DNA from: Candidatus Hermodarchaeota archaeon
GTDB lineage: Archaea; Asgardarchaeota; Heimdallarchaeia; Hodarchaeales; Hodarchaeaceae
Reading direction: 5' to 3'
DNA: 32,000 nt
Assembly: GCA_048886185.1 (NCBI GenBank)
Contig: JBHLKY010000028.1
Location: forward strand, 16,431-48,430
Position numbers and translations under genes: made by a program. The notes beneath the pieces were generated by a model. That model made no database searches and was not told the DNA's origin. It saw only the letters and a program-made list of their open reading frames with translations. Each line of letters starts with the position of its first letter. Position 1 is the first letter of the stretch. Of the stretch, positions 18,899 through 28,481 are shown one piece after another.

Positions 18899-20281
18899 TT
18901 GGTGATAATTATGGCTCAATCTCAAATGTTTTCCGCAAACCGATTTCAAAAACTTGCTTATTCCATAGCTACTTTTGGTAATTCATTGGTGGGAGCAGTT
19001 ATTACTGTTTTTACATTCTTTTTTTATAAAAACGTGGTCTATAGTGATTTAATCGAAGCAAATGAATTAATAATCCTCACTTTACTTGGAACTGCCTTAG
19101 CTATTGGATGGTGGGTTGAAGCTTTAATGAATCCTGTCGCAGGGTGGCTTTCTGATAAATTAATTTCTTCACGTTTTGGAAGGCGAAAACCATGGTTATT
19201 ATTAGGTTCCCCAGTAATGGCACTTAGTTTTGTGGCTATCTTCTTGATTCCTGCCCCAGCGACTGAAATATATTTTCCAATAATCTGGTTAGCAATTTTC
19301 AACGCCATTTTTCGAGGTGCTGTAGCGGCAACTGTGTGTGTCTATTTATCCATTATTCCTGAGATTTGTCCAACTCCAGAAGAACGAACAAGTATTTCAA
19401 CCTATAGACAAGGCTTTTATCTTGTAGGATACATCCTTGGGGCACTATTAGGAGCTTTGCTTCAAATTGAAGAACTAGTAGTAATTGTTGTTGTGTTTTT
19501 AGCCAGTCTTATGCTAATTGGTTTCTATATCACCGCTTTTGGAGTAAAAGAGCCCGAAGAAGTTCCAGAAATACCCACATTTGGGATTGTTGATGCTTTG
19601 AGAGTCACATTCCAAAATAAGCCTTTTCTTCCCTATCTAGGGTATACTATTTTCGCAACAGGCTTTCAATCCATGTTAATAGCAGCATTACCTGACTTTG
19701 GGCTTCATATTATATTTAAAGGAGACGAAGATCAAATTATTTCCTCATTTATACCTGGAGCTTTCGTTATCACTGGAATAATAGCTATTTATCCAGCTAT
19801 GTTATGGATTAATAAACTTGGTAAAAAGAAAGCTGCATCCTACGGAATGTTGGCTGCGATTATTATTACAATGTTATTAGCCACAGTAGGAATAATTCCA
19901 GGTATTGAACTCGTCCAGACTTTAGCAATAGTACTCATCCTAGGTATCCCTGCAGCCCCTCTTTTGATCCTCCCTGATTCCATTATTTCTGATCTAACTG
20001 ACTATGACGAAATGGTAACAGGAACTCGACGAGAAGCCATGCACTTTGCATCACAGGGCCTTCTGACCCGCTTTGCAGGTGGTCTGTCCATTCAGCTAAT
20101 GGGGATTATATTGGGAGTCTTTGGTGCAACCTATAATGCAGGTGAACAATTTAATGGAACACTGGGGCTATTATTGATAGGACCTGTAGCTTCATTTATT
20201 CTTTTGATAGGGCTTTTGATATTCCAAATGTACCCTGAACACGAGGTCATAGAAGCAACTTCAAAAAGAACTCAAGCATGA
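18899..20281 (+). CDS. MFS transporter, GPH (MelB-like) family
   Basis: About 12 hydrophobic segments, NPVAGWLSDK...RFGRRKPW, EERTSISTYR, DYDEMVTGTRREAMH. Alternative ATG at 18911. Confidence 0.9.
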   Translation: MVIIMAQSQMFSANRFQKLAYSIATFGNSLVGAVITVFTFFFYKNVVYSDLIEANELIILTLLGTALAIGWWVEALMNPVAGWLSDKLISSRFGRRKPWLLLGSPVMALSFVAIFLIPAPATEIYFPIIWLAIFNAIFRGAVAATVCVYLSIIPEICPTPEERTSISTYRQGFYLVGYILGALLGALLQIEELVVIVVVFLASLMLIGFYITAFGVKEPEEVPEIPTFGIVDALRVTFQNKPFLPYLGYTIFATGFQSMLIAALPDFGLHIIFKGDEDQIISSFIPGAFVITGIIAIYPAMLWINKLGKKKAASYGMLAAIIITMLLATVGIIPGIELVQTLAIVLILGIPAAPLLILPDSIISDLTDYDEMVTGTRREAMHFASQGLLTRFAGGLSIQLMGIILGVFGATYNAGEQFNGTLGLLLIGPVASFILLIGLLIFQMYPEHEVIEATSKRTQA

Positions 20282-20336
20282 GTTCATATCGGCTTCTTCT
20301 CTTCCCTTTTTTCATTTAAGATGTTCTTACTGGAAA

Positions 20337-21482
20337 TCAGTAAGGATTCCAGTCTTTAATCTTTGGATATTCTTCTTTCTCTCCAAATTCATAGCTATCA
20401 TATAATTGACCCCATTCAGTTTCTTGAAATTTCTTAATTTTTCGTTTACCAATGAATCTATACCACAACCAGTCGTGATAGATACTTGATCCTGCGATTA
20501 AAAGTCTAAAGATTGGAGTGTGGAAAAACAACCAATGAAAGGGTTTTAATGGCCGATAACGATAAGTAGTATTTCTTAAGCGTTGATCCCATTTCACAAC
20601 AAGACTTCGTTTTACCCGAAAATTAAGATTTATGTCCCGGACTTCCTGGGAATCCATTCCAATAATTTCAATTTGATCAACATCGCCAAAACCAAGACCT
20701 TGATCATGAGCCATTCGGATGTAACCAATACTCAAGGGATCAAAACCCATTATCTTAGCTGAGAGAGCATCAATGGCAACTTGGTCTTCACTTGCGAGAA
20801 GAAGATTGGTATAAACCGGTTCCATTACTCGTGGGCCAGCTCCATTTCCCGCAACAGTGCCATCCATCACTGCTAGTAACCCTGGGTGGATTTCTTTTTG
20901 AATCTTTAGTAAATCGACTAAAATCCCATCAATTATTCGATGGGAATGGTGCCGGTATTTAGGTATCAGTCCCCCAAAGGCGTTTTTAATTGCTCCAGTT
21001 GTGACTGTGTGCCCGTGGACCTTTAATGTTGGTAAATGGATAATATTACTGTTCATGAAGATTTCAGGGATAATTATATTATCCTTGAATAATTCTCTCA
21101 TCCAGGGGACATCAATTTTGGGATCATATTGAATCCATTTTTCATTGGTGAGAGGACGAAACGGGGTGTTGAATTTCCTAAGCACCTGTAGGAGTTTGTT
21201 CTGGAAAAATCCGTTCCATGGGTTTGTTACAACAGTTTGGTTTTCTGTGGGGATTATATCATTACTATTGGCCCCATCGTCAATTAATTTATTCAGTACT
21301 CCATCTAGTTGCCATGGTGGTGTGGAACAAGCTGGATAAAATTTTGTCCAAGATAAATTAATTTTTATTATTGTTTTTAATTCTTTTTTAACTATTGATT
21401 GGTAATCTATAAGATCTAGAAGTTTAGAATAATCCTCTATGATATTCTGGGGTGTTGTTTCGATAACTGCGACTTTTGACAA
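20337..21482 (-). CDS. DUF362 family protein (putative Fe-S binding)
   Basis: KINLSW...PACST, LPTLKVHGHTVTTGAIKNAFG, GNGAGP and DQVAIDA motifs. Confidence 0.8.
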   Translation of the reverse strand: MSKVAVIETTPQNIIEDYSKLLDLIDYQSIVKKELKTIIKINLSWTKFYPACSTPPWQLDGVLNKLIDDGANSNDIIPTENQTVVTNPWNGFFQNKLLQVLRKFNTPFRPLTNEKWIQYDPKIDVPWMRELFKDNIIIPEIFMNSNIIHLPTLKVHGHTVTTGAIKNAFGGLIPKYRHHSHRIIDGILVDLLKIQKEIHPGLLAVMDGTVAGNGAGPRVMEPVYTNLLLASEDQVAIDALSAKIMGFDPLSIGYIRMAHDQGLGFGDVDQIEIIGMDSQEVRDINLNFRVKRSLVVKWDQRLRNTTYRYRPLKPFHWLFFHTPIFRLLIAGSSIYHDWLWYRFIGKRKIKKFQETEWGQLYDSYEFGEKEEYPKIKDWNPY

Positions 21483-21899
21483 ATAATCACACCAAAAATA
21501 TATTTTCAGATGTACTTAAAGAGTTTTCATCTTTGAAAAAATACATTTCGAGCTTTAAGGATGATAATAATAGAATAAATCAATGCCTTTATTGATAGAA
21601 CATCTATCAATTACTCCTAGGGGTAATCCTAACCCTTTTAATCTTTCTCTTATCTTGATAGTTAATTTACTCGCCTTTTTTAGTAAATGTAACCCGTTTT
21701 TGGCTTATTCATTTTGAATCTTGAGAAATCTTGTTTCAATTTCCTTCTTAATCCAAGTATTATAAAACAGATATAAAAAATCTTTATGTCGATATGTTTT
21801 CTGTAATAATTAATTAAGTAGAGTTAAGTTTTATAATTGTACTTTATTATTTAAGAATATCTTTGAGATTGTTATAATCAGTTTAGAAGAAGGATAGAA

Positions 21900-22955
21900 T
21901 TGAGAAAAATTCATTTTAACAGCATTAGAAGAGAATCCAAATTTCTCAATCCCCTGAAAGGTTTTCAAGAGGATATTCACCATATTGAACATCGTCAAGA
22001 TCCATTGACAGGAACTCAAAGCATTATTGGAAAAGAATTAGAAGATAAGGCGAAAATGTTTTTTGGTGAAACAGATCAAAATCTGATCAAAAAAATAGCC
22101 CAAGAAAGTCAAGTTAATTGCTTTATGTGTCCAAACAAAGTAAGAGAGGTCACTCCTAAGTATTCACCAGAGGTTCTATCCGAAGGAAGGATCACTATTG
22201 GCGAAGCTACCCTTTTTCCTAATCTTTTTCCGCTTTCCGAATATCATGCGGTGTGTGCTCTCTCCCAAACTCACTATTTGAAATTAAGTGATTTTACTCC
22301 AAAAATACTTACTGACGGAATTCTAGCTTGTTTGGAATTTATTAAACGTATATTTTCAATTAAACACTCAATTACTTATATGACAATAAATTGTAACTAT
22401 TTATTCCCCGCTGGTGCCAGTGCTGTTCATCCACATATTCAAGTTTTAGGTGGAGATGTTTCATATACATTCCTGAATAAAATGCTTCAGGGCTCTCATC
22501 AGTATTACAAGGAAAACCACTCAAATTATTGGAAAGATCTGATTGAGTTGGAAAAAGACTCTGATGAACGATACATTGGAAGAACTGGGGATGTTGAATG
22601 GATCACTTCTTTTTCTCCATTAGGGAGTAACGAAGTTCAAGGAATTGTCTTATCAAAAAGTAATTTTCTCCAATTGTCTCAAGCAGATATTTTATCTCTT
22701 GGTGAAGGAATCTCAAAAGTTCTTTCTTTCTATGAAGAAAACGGTTGTTCCACATTTAATTTCACTATCTTTTCAGACTCCCTTGACAAAGAAGCAGAAT
22801 GGTTCTGGGTTAATGTACGCATTATTTCTCGATCGAATGTTTACAATAATTATCGTACTGATGATTATTTTTTACAGAAGCTTTTAGGAAATGAAATTCT
22901 CATTAAATCCCCTGAAGCTCTTGCAAAACAATTACGCGCCAAATTTTACAAATAA
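21900..22955 (+). CDS. galactose-1-phosphate uridylyltransferase-like (GalT/HIT family)
   Basis: R.DPLTG, CFMCP, FPNLFP and catalytic HPHIQ (HxHxQ). Confidence 0.85.
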   Translation: MRKIHFNSIRRESKFLNPLKGFQEDIHHIEHRQDPLTGTQSIIGKELEDKAKMFFGETDQNLIKKIAQESQVNCFMCPNKVREVTPKYSPEVLSEGRITIGEATLFPNLFPLSEYHAVCALSQTHYLKLSDFTPKILTDGILACLEFIKRIFSIKHSITYMTINCNYLFPAGASAVHPHIQVLGGDVSYTFLNKMLQGSHQYYKENHSNYWKDLIELEKDSDERYIGRTGDVEWITSFSPLGSNEVQGIVLSKSNFLQLSQADILSLGEGISKVLSFYEENGCSTFNFTIFSDSLDKEAEWFWVNVRIISRSNVYNNYRTDDYFLQKLLGNEILIKSPEALAKQLRAKFYK

Positions 22956-23066
22956 AGTTATTTTATCTGTGTTTCCTTTGGTATCAAATCCCACGCTGAC
23001 TGTTTGATTTTCTGTTGGAATAATGCTTTCTGGGTCTAATCCATCATGCACTAAATTCTTTATGTA

Positions 23067-24503
23067 TTAAAAGTAGGTATCAGAAAGGGTTAAACTCCAT
23101 TTAGGAATATCAGGAGGATCAATAGTATAATAGAACTTTACATCCTGGAAATCCTTCTTTAATTTGCGCACTTTGCGGGCAAAATCTTTGAACCACTTAG
23201 GGGGAAGCTTAACGTGACCAAAGAAGAGAGTTTGTTTCTTATCAATGTCATAGAACAGATCTACTTTTGGGAACGTAAGAAAATGGTCAATCCAACATAT
23301 TTCGTGTTCAGTTGGGCTGGTGACACAGAAAGAAATAGAATAATCAAGTCCAATATTGAAATATTGATGAATTTTAGTTATTAGATTATGTTTTTGATAC
23401 TCATCTAGGCGCTCACTGACCTTTGGAAGAGACACTTTAACGGTCTCACTAAGCTGTTTCTTGTTCTTTAGAGACCCTGTTGTGGTGATAAACTCAAGAA
23501 TTTTAATATCTGCTGGTGTGAGTCTACGAAAAGTATCCAGACTAGGTCTTAATGAGACATCCATAGCTGGAGAAGGAGAAAGTATCTTTACATGTGGTTC
23601 ACAATAAAGAAAAGCAGGTGCAATCTTCCAACCATCTTTGCCTATAGCTAATCCCGACAAGTTCCAATTCTGGATCCGTCTATTAAGCTGATGAAAAATT
23701 GTAGGCTCGAGGGTGTCCTGAATTTGGAGGTAAACTTTACTCTTATTTATAGGGATTTGAAAAAGGCTGAATTGACTGATTGACAGATCGACTGATGTGT
23801 GACAGAAAGGCTTTAATTGATCAGGAATGGGATTAAAGTGGGAAAGGAGAAAGGTTTCGTACCCTAGCTGGGCCATATCTAGAAAATGCATGGCAATAGG
23901 GATCTGCAAAAAGTTTATCACTTGCATACGTCGAGTGATCGTACGTACTGACACATCAACAGTTTGTGCATACCTAGCTATATTCGCTCCCTTAAAGAGA
24001 TCCTTACTTATGGTATGTAACGACTGAAGAGACTTAAGAATCATCAGATCAGTCTCGGTCAAAGGGATAGCAACATTAATGAGTTTCGGAAAGAGAAGAT
24101 TGAAGAGATTTTCGATAGTGCCACTAATCTCCTTTGTGAGGATCTTTTGGATAAAGAATTCGAGAAGATTTTCATCGTGGTTGATGACTTCATAGGTAAT
24201 TAGTCGTAGGGGGAACATTATCCGCCCTTTCCCAACCCAATTAATGACAATTGATGATAAGGACTTAATCCATGCATCATACTTCTCAACATATGGGAGG
24301 GAGCCATATTTTTCGAAAAAAGGAAGTGTCACCAACGGGAGAACTTTCTTTGAATAGTTTTTTATGTCAGCTATCGTCAGTTTCGATGCATCTTGATGAA
24401 TAAGTTTCCAAATGTCTAGAAAATCTAGTACGAATTCGTCAATTTGGTAGGTCAACTGGTTTTGTCGGATTTCCTCAACGGATAGGGTATCAGTACCTAG
24501 CAT
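23067..24503 (-). CDS. R2: tandem Lrp/AsnC-like wHTH regulator, paralog of R1
   Basis: Colinear with R1 along its full length (e.g. EFVLDFL.IW..IH, LDM..LGYET, LTPAD.KIL.F, KDFARK, W..TL..TYF). 22/48 identities in an N-terminal block. Confidence 0.85.
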   Translation of the reverse strand: MLGTDTLSVEEIRQNQLTYQIDEFVLDFLDIWKLIHQDASKLTIADIKNYSKKVLPLVTLPFFEKYGSLPYVEKYDAWIKSLSSIVINWVGKGRIMFPLRLITYEVINHDENLLEFFIQKILTKEISGTIENLFNLLFPKLINVAIPLTETDLMILKSLQSLHTISKDLFKGANIARYAQTVDVSVRTITRRMQVINFLQIPIAMHFLDMAQLGYETFLLSHFNPIPDQLKPFCHTSVDLSISQFSLFQIPINKSKVYLQIQDTLEPTIFHQLNRRIQNWNLSGLAIGKDGWKIAPAFLYCEPHVKILSPSPAMDVSLRPSLDTFRRLTPADIKILEFITTTGSLKNKKQLSETVKVSLPKVSERLDEYQKHNLITKIHQYFNIGLDYSISFCVTSPTEHEICWIDHFLTFPKVDLFYDIDKKQTLFFGHVKLPPKWFKDFARKVRKLKKDFQDVKFYYTIDPPDIPKWSLTLSDTYF

Positions 24504-24638
24504 ACCCCTAACTGCAGTACAAAGACATTTAAGTCTTTCTAAGCCTGATTAAGTTTTGAAGTATTTCTAGAGAAACTCTCCGGATATACTCATCAATAAA
24601 ACTGAACAACGACATAAAATAAGAAAAGGCGAAAAAAT
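24504..24638. promoter_or_regulatory. divergent promoter region R2/P2
   Basis: Minus-strand TTAAATG (24526-24532) 22 nt before the R2 ATG, inside the palindrome AAAGAC-N6-GTCTTT. Plus-strand ACTGAACAACGA (24601-24612) and AAGAAAAGG (24621-24629). Confidence 0.6.
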
Positions 24639-24800
24639 ATGAATAGAACTATAAGAATCCGAAAAAAAGAAATTGATGTTGAATTAACACTATGGAGGCT
24701 ACTTCCATTCTTCTTCGCATTATTATTGATCATTGTATCTGCAACGATCATAGGTGTAAGTGGTTCTGCCCCTGGAGCTGCCCCACCAGCATACGAATAA
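24639..24800 (+). CDS. small signal-peptide-like precursor P2 (53 aa), not in ORF track
   Basis: Manual translation MNRTIRIRKKEIDVELTLWRLLPFFFALLLIIVSATIIGVSGSAPGAAPPAYE. Shares IDVELxL..LP with P1. Divergent from R2. Confidence 0.8.
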   Translation: MNRTIRIRKKEIDVELTLWRLLPFFFALLLIIVSATIIGVSGSAPGAAPPAYE

Positions 24801-24882
24801 GAATCAGGAAGAAAAATCCCCCCTAAGAGAAATTAGTTACCTAAGAAAATAAACGGCTTACTAGTCACAAAACACTCTCTAA

Positions 24883-24915
24883 AGGTAAAAATGGGGAAAT
24901 CCCAATATTTTACCT
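24883..24915 (+). other. imperfect stem-loop downstream of P2
   Basis: AGGTAAAA-ATGGGG-AAAT-CCCAATA-TTTTACCT, with a perfect 8-bp outer stem. Confidence 0.35.
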
Positions 24916-25389
24916 AATCCTTACTCTTTAATTCAGATTTCAATTCATTAAAAGCGAACAAAGAGTACCTGAAAAGAAATTCACAAAAAAGTAAGCTAGA
25001 ACGAAATCCTCTGACTAGGTTATTTACAACGAATCCCTGAGAAGAGGAAAATTTCTTTGTGATATATGACAATGTATACCCCTGGGTAACATCCCCCTTT
25101 ATAATGGCCCCACCTACCAATCAAAAAAACATGAATTTCTCAAAGTTTTACCTAAATGCAGTGGAGGGGTGAAAGGGGAGTTACATTAATGGTGTTCAAA
25201 AGAAAAGGAAGATAAGGAAAAATCTCACTCATAGTTTGATCGACATGTGTCAAGTTTTCAATTAGAAAACGATGAGTGCAAAGAAAACGATACATTAATC
25301 AAACTATCTATCCACCCCATAATTAAGTAAAATTTGATCAGTAATCTGGCAGTGAGAAAGATAATTGGTAATTCATATGATTTTAAGGA

Positions 25390-25410
25390 TTAAGTACTTA
25401 CTGTACTTAA
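25390..25410. repeat. perfect 8-bp inverted repeat, operator-like
   Basis: TTAAGTAC-TTACT-GTACTTAA in a non-coding stretch. Confidence 0.4.
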
Positions 25411-25686
25411 GTAAAAAGGTAAGATGCTATCTTTAATAATTGTTGAGAGTATCTATTTGTTTAGGAACTTCTCAAAGACCAGTGTGACAAGGAGTAGGAC
25501 TTGAAAGAACTGAAATGCAATTTTACGAAGCATTAGAAGGATCTTGTGAAAATTTTTATAATAATTCTAGGGATATGGCTTGAAAAAATCCGACAAAACT
25601 TGAAAATAAAAAGTATCGTGGAACAAGACCAACTATATGAAGAGAAAAGCGGATCCAAGAGTGATGAGGATGATTAATACTCGGAA

Positions 25687-27249
25687 TTACATAAAATTAT
25701 TGGTATAGTTCGAATCATTAATACAATTGAGAGTCGTGGCGATTATATCCCTCTTTAAATTCTCATATTTTCTTTGTATTAGATCTAGAAATGTTGGTAT
25801 CCCAATTTCACTAATTAATTGTCTTAAATCAAGTTGTTGTAAGATTTCCTTGGTAATTGGTCTTTTACTATTCCAATAGATGAAAGATTGATAGAATTCT
25901 TGTGTGATAGGATGGTCTAATAAAGTATGGAGTATGGCAGCTTCCTCAAATGATGTTACTGGAATGAAGTAGCATGTATCGTCAAATACGATAGGTTTCC
26001 CGTCAAAAGATTCTATCAATCTAAATTTCAGCTCCTTATAAAACCCAGAAATAGCAACCTTCCAAGGGGAAAAGGTATAAGTCCCAACACCAAAGATAGA
26101 GTATGAAGGGCGATCATGATAGATACTACTGACTCGGTTGTTTAGTAAATATGCATAGTTTTCGAGATAGTGCCATGTTAAAGGGCATTTTTGCCGAATA
26201 GTTGAAGTATCTTCCCCAATAACCTTTTGAGTTACAACCATCCATCGTGTAATGTTTTTAACTCGATTATTAGCTAAATCCGAGCTTTTAAGCATGGGAT
26301 AAATGAGATCCTCTTCAATCGAAACGATTTCTCCAAATCCATTTATGAACTGATTTTCTTTCTGTCTTAATTCCATTACTTTTACACAATCATGTTTGAT
26401 ACCTGAGCGCCATGTGTAAATACAAACTCCCAGTAAATGTTTCCACTTTTTATAGAATGGAATATTTCCTATTATTCTTCCGTTAATATAACCAATTTCT
26501 TGAATGGGTCTTTTTAAATTTAAGTTCTGATAAACTAGACAGCTATAATTATAGGAATCTGGTTTTAAGCTGCATATGAATAAACAAGCATCAACTGAGG
26601 CACCAAAATGCTCTTTAGCATCAATAAGATAGATGGCTGAAGATAATATTGGCATCTTCTCTTTGAAAGCGTACATCAATACTTTTCGTGCAACAGCAAC
26701 CTTACAAAGCATCGCAAGAGTACTCGAATGTCCATTCAAAGTTTTTAAAAGCTCAATTATCATCCATTCTGATATATCAAAATTGCTTTTACCTGTTTTT
26801 GCATCCATACCTTGGTACCCATAGATATTGTGTTTCTCTGGAACATTAGTTCCCCCCAAGGTACCAATTTCTGAGGAAGTAATCCAAGGAGGATTCCCAA
26901 GTACTAATATTGGTTTTATAAGTTCTCCAATCTTTTGTGACCAATCGATGTTAAAAAAGTCTGCCTGCTGGAGAATGACTCTTTCAGATGCATTTATTTG
27001 TGATAGTTTTTCCGATAAGTCGTTTAAATATTTATTATTGATATCAAATCCAAAAATCCTTGCATCCTGAAATGTATCGATACATGCGAGGATAAATGAA
27101 CCAGTTCCACAAGTTGGTTCAATGATTGAACTGGGAATAACTCCTAGCTGATTTAAATGGTTAACAATTTCCTCTGCTAATATGATTGGTGTTTGAAAAT
27201 CACCTAATTCTTTAATTTTTTGATTTTTTTGTTTTTTCACATCTATCAT
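25687..27249 (-). CDS. N6-adenine DNA methyltransferase (gamma class, type II-like)
   Basis: Motif X GDFQTP, motif I IIEPTCGTGSF, motif IV GNPPW, and a C-terminal TRD-like region. Confidence 0.9.
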   Translation of the reverse strand: MIDVKKQKNQKIKELGDFQTPIILAEEIVNHLNQLGVIPSSIIEPTCGTGSFILACIDTFQDARIFGFDINNKYLNDLSEKLSQINASERVILQQADFFNIDWSQKIGELIKPILVLGNPPWITSSEIGTLGGTNVPEKHNIYGYQGMDAKTGKSNFDISEWMIIELLKTLNGHSSTLAMLCKVAVARKVLMYAFKEKMPILSSAIYLIDAKEHFGASVDACLFICSLKPDSYNYSCLVYQNLNLKRPIQEIGYINGRIIGNIPFYKKWKHLLGVCIYTWRSGIKHDCVKVMELRQKENQFINGFGEIVSIEEDLIYPMLKSSDLANNRVKNITRWMVVTQKVIGEDTSTIRQKCPLTWHYLENYAYLLNNRVSSIYHDRPSYSIFGVGTYTFSPWKVAISGFYKELKFRLIESFDGKPIVFDDTCYFIPVTSFEEAAILHTLLDHPITQEFYQSFIYWNSKRPITKEILQQLDLRQLISEIGIPTFLDLIQRKYENLKRDIIATTLNCINDSNYTNNFM

Positions 27250-27536
27250 CTGAAAGAGATCATTAACCTAATCCTTCTAACAGGAAATTCTTCCTATTAA
27301 TAGTTCATTTAAAATATCTTAATATAAAGTTGTTAAATGACACATATTTACTTCTTTCTTTTTCATGGTTAATCATTTTTTTAAGCAAGATACTAGAAGA
27401 ATTAGTTGTATTAACATGATTAAAATAGATGTAATTTGAAGAAGAAAACAAATAGTAAATTGAACCTCGTGATTTTTCCCTACCTTTTTATTTCATACAA
27501 TAGATTGCAATTAAGCACAGAATAAAAGAGTTCAGT

Positions 27537-28481
27537 CTAAGATACATGTTTTTCTATGGTTTTTAATATTTCATCTACAATTTTGTTTTTATTTCCACGA
27601 ACCTGAATTCTTAAATGATTAGTTAAGACTTTCAATTCTTTTAGTGTCAATTTTGATAAATTATTTCTATTTTGTTCGTGAGTTTTGAATCGAATTTCTT
27701 CCAGAATCCCAGGGATCTTATCTATTGTACGATAGAACGAAAACCAATGCGGAAGGGTTCTACTCATCCATCTTTCATGAAATTCACCATAATAATCAGA
27801 TATTTCAATTTCACTAGGTTTTTGATTCTCTTTAATCGCTTTTTTGATACTATTTCGAATTTTTTGCATATTAGATATATGGTTATTGATTTTATCACCA
27901 GTGAGAACTGGTCCATGTCCTGGAATTATCTTAACGGGATTTAATGCCTTTATTCTCTCTAAACCATTAAACCAAAGCTCTGGATTACATGTCTGATCAC
28001 CACCAAAAGGTGGAAAAAGGTTCTCAAAAATCAAATCCCCAGAAAAAACGATCTTCTCTTCAGGAAAATGTATAAATATCGAATCAACGGTATGTCCTCC
28101 AGTATGGGTTATTTTTACTTCGAAATTCTTATCCTGAATTAAATACTCTTCTTCGATCAAAATAGCATTCTTAAATCGTCCCTTATCAATTGGAATATAA
28201 TCTGAGATTATGATATCAACATCCTCAAACGCCTGTCTTCCATTGATATGATCTCCATGATAATGAGTTAATACTAGATATTTTATTGGGAGATTGTAAT
28301 ATTTCTCAAGCATTTTACGGAACATTTTCCCACCACTTAAATTACCAGTTGAATCAATCGCTATCGTGTAATTCTCCACAGCAATTCCTCCTGCATTGCC
28401 ATGTGGTCTCTCTCCCATTATCATTGTTGTATGGTCTGAAATCCTAATGAAATTACCTATTCCCAATATAAATTCCTCCAA
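27537..28481 (-). CDS. MBL-fold metallo-hydrolase with C-terminal SAP/HeH-like domain
   Basis: THYHGDH, GGHT, SGDL, PGHG. C-terminal NLSKLTLKELKVLTNHLRIQVRGNKNKIVDEIL. True start may be the TTG at 28466, which follows GGAGG. Confidence 0.88.
   Translation of the reverse strand: MEEFILGIGNFIRISDHTTMIMGERPHGNAGGIAVENYTIAIDSTGNLSGGKMFRKMLEKYYNLPIKYLVLTHYHGDHINGRQAFEDVDIIISDYIPIDKGRFKNAILIEEEYLIQDKNFEVKITHTGGHTVDSIFIHFPEEKIVFSGDLIFENLFPPFGGDQTCNPELWFNGLERIKALNPVKIIPGHGPVLTGDKINNHISNMQKIRNSIKKAIKENQKPSEIEISDYYGEFHERWMSRTLPHWFSFYRTIDKIPGILEEIRFKTHEQNRNNLSKLTLKELKVLTNHLRIQVRGNKNKIVDEILKTIEKHVS

Noticed and set aside
24918-25172. Plus-strand frame interrupted by a single TGA (25038-25040), possible Sec readthrough; also the antisense 68-aa ORF 24914-25120
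   Set aside because: No start codon context, no selenoprotein motif and no SECIS-like element were seen. Neither frame resembles a known protein.
25546-25677. 43-aa GTG-start ORF (MKIFIIILGIWLEK...)
   Set aside because: It is short with no homology evidence and lacks the P1/P2 leader motif.
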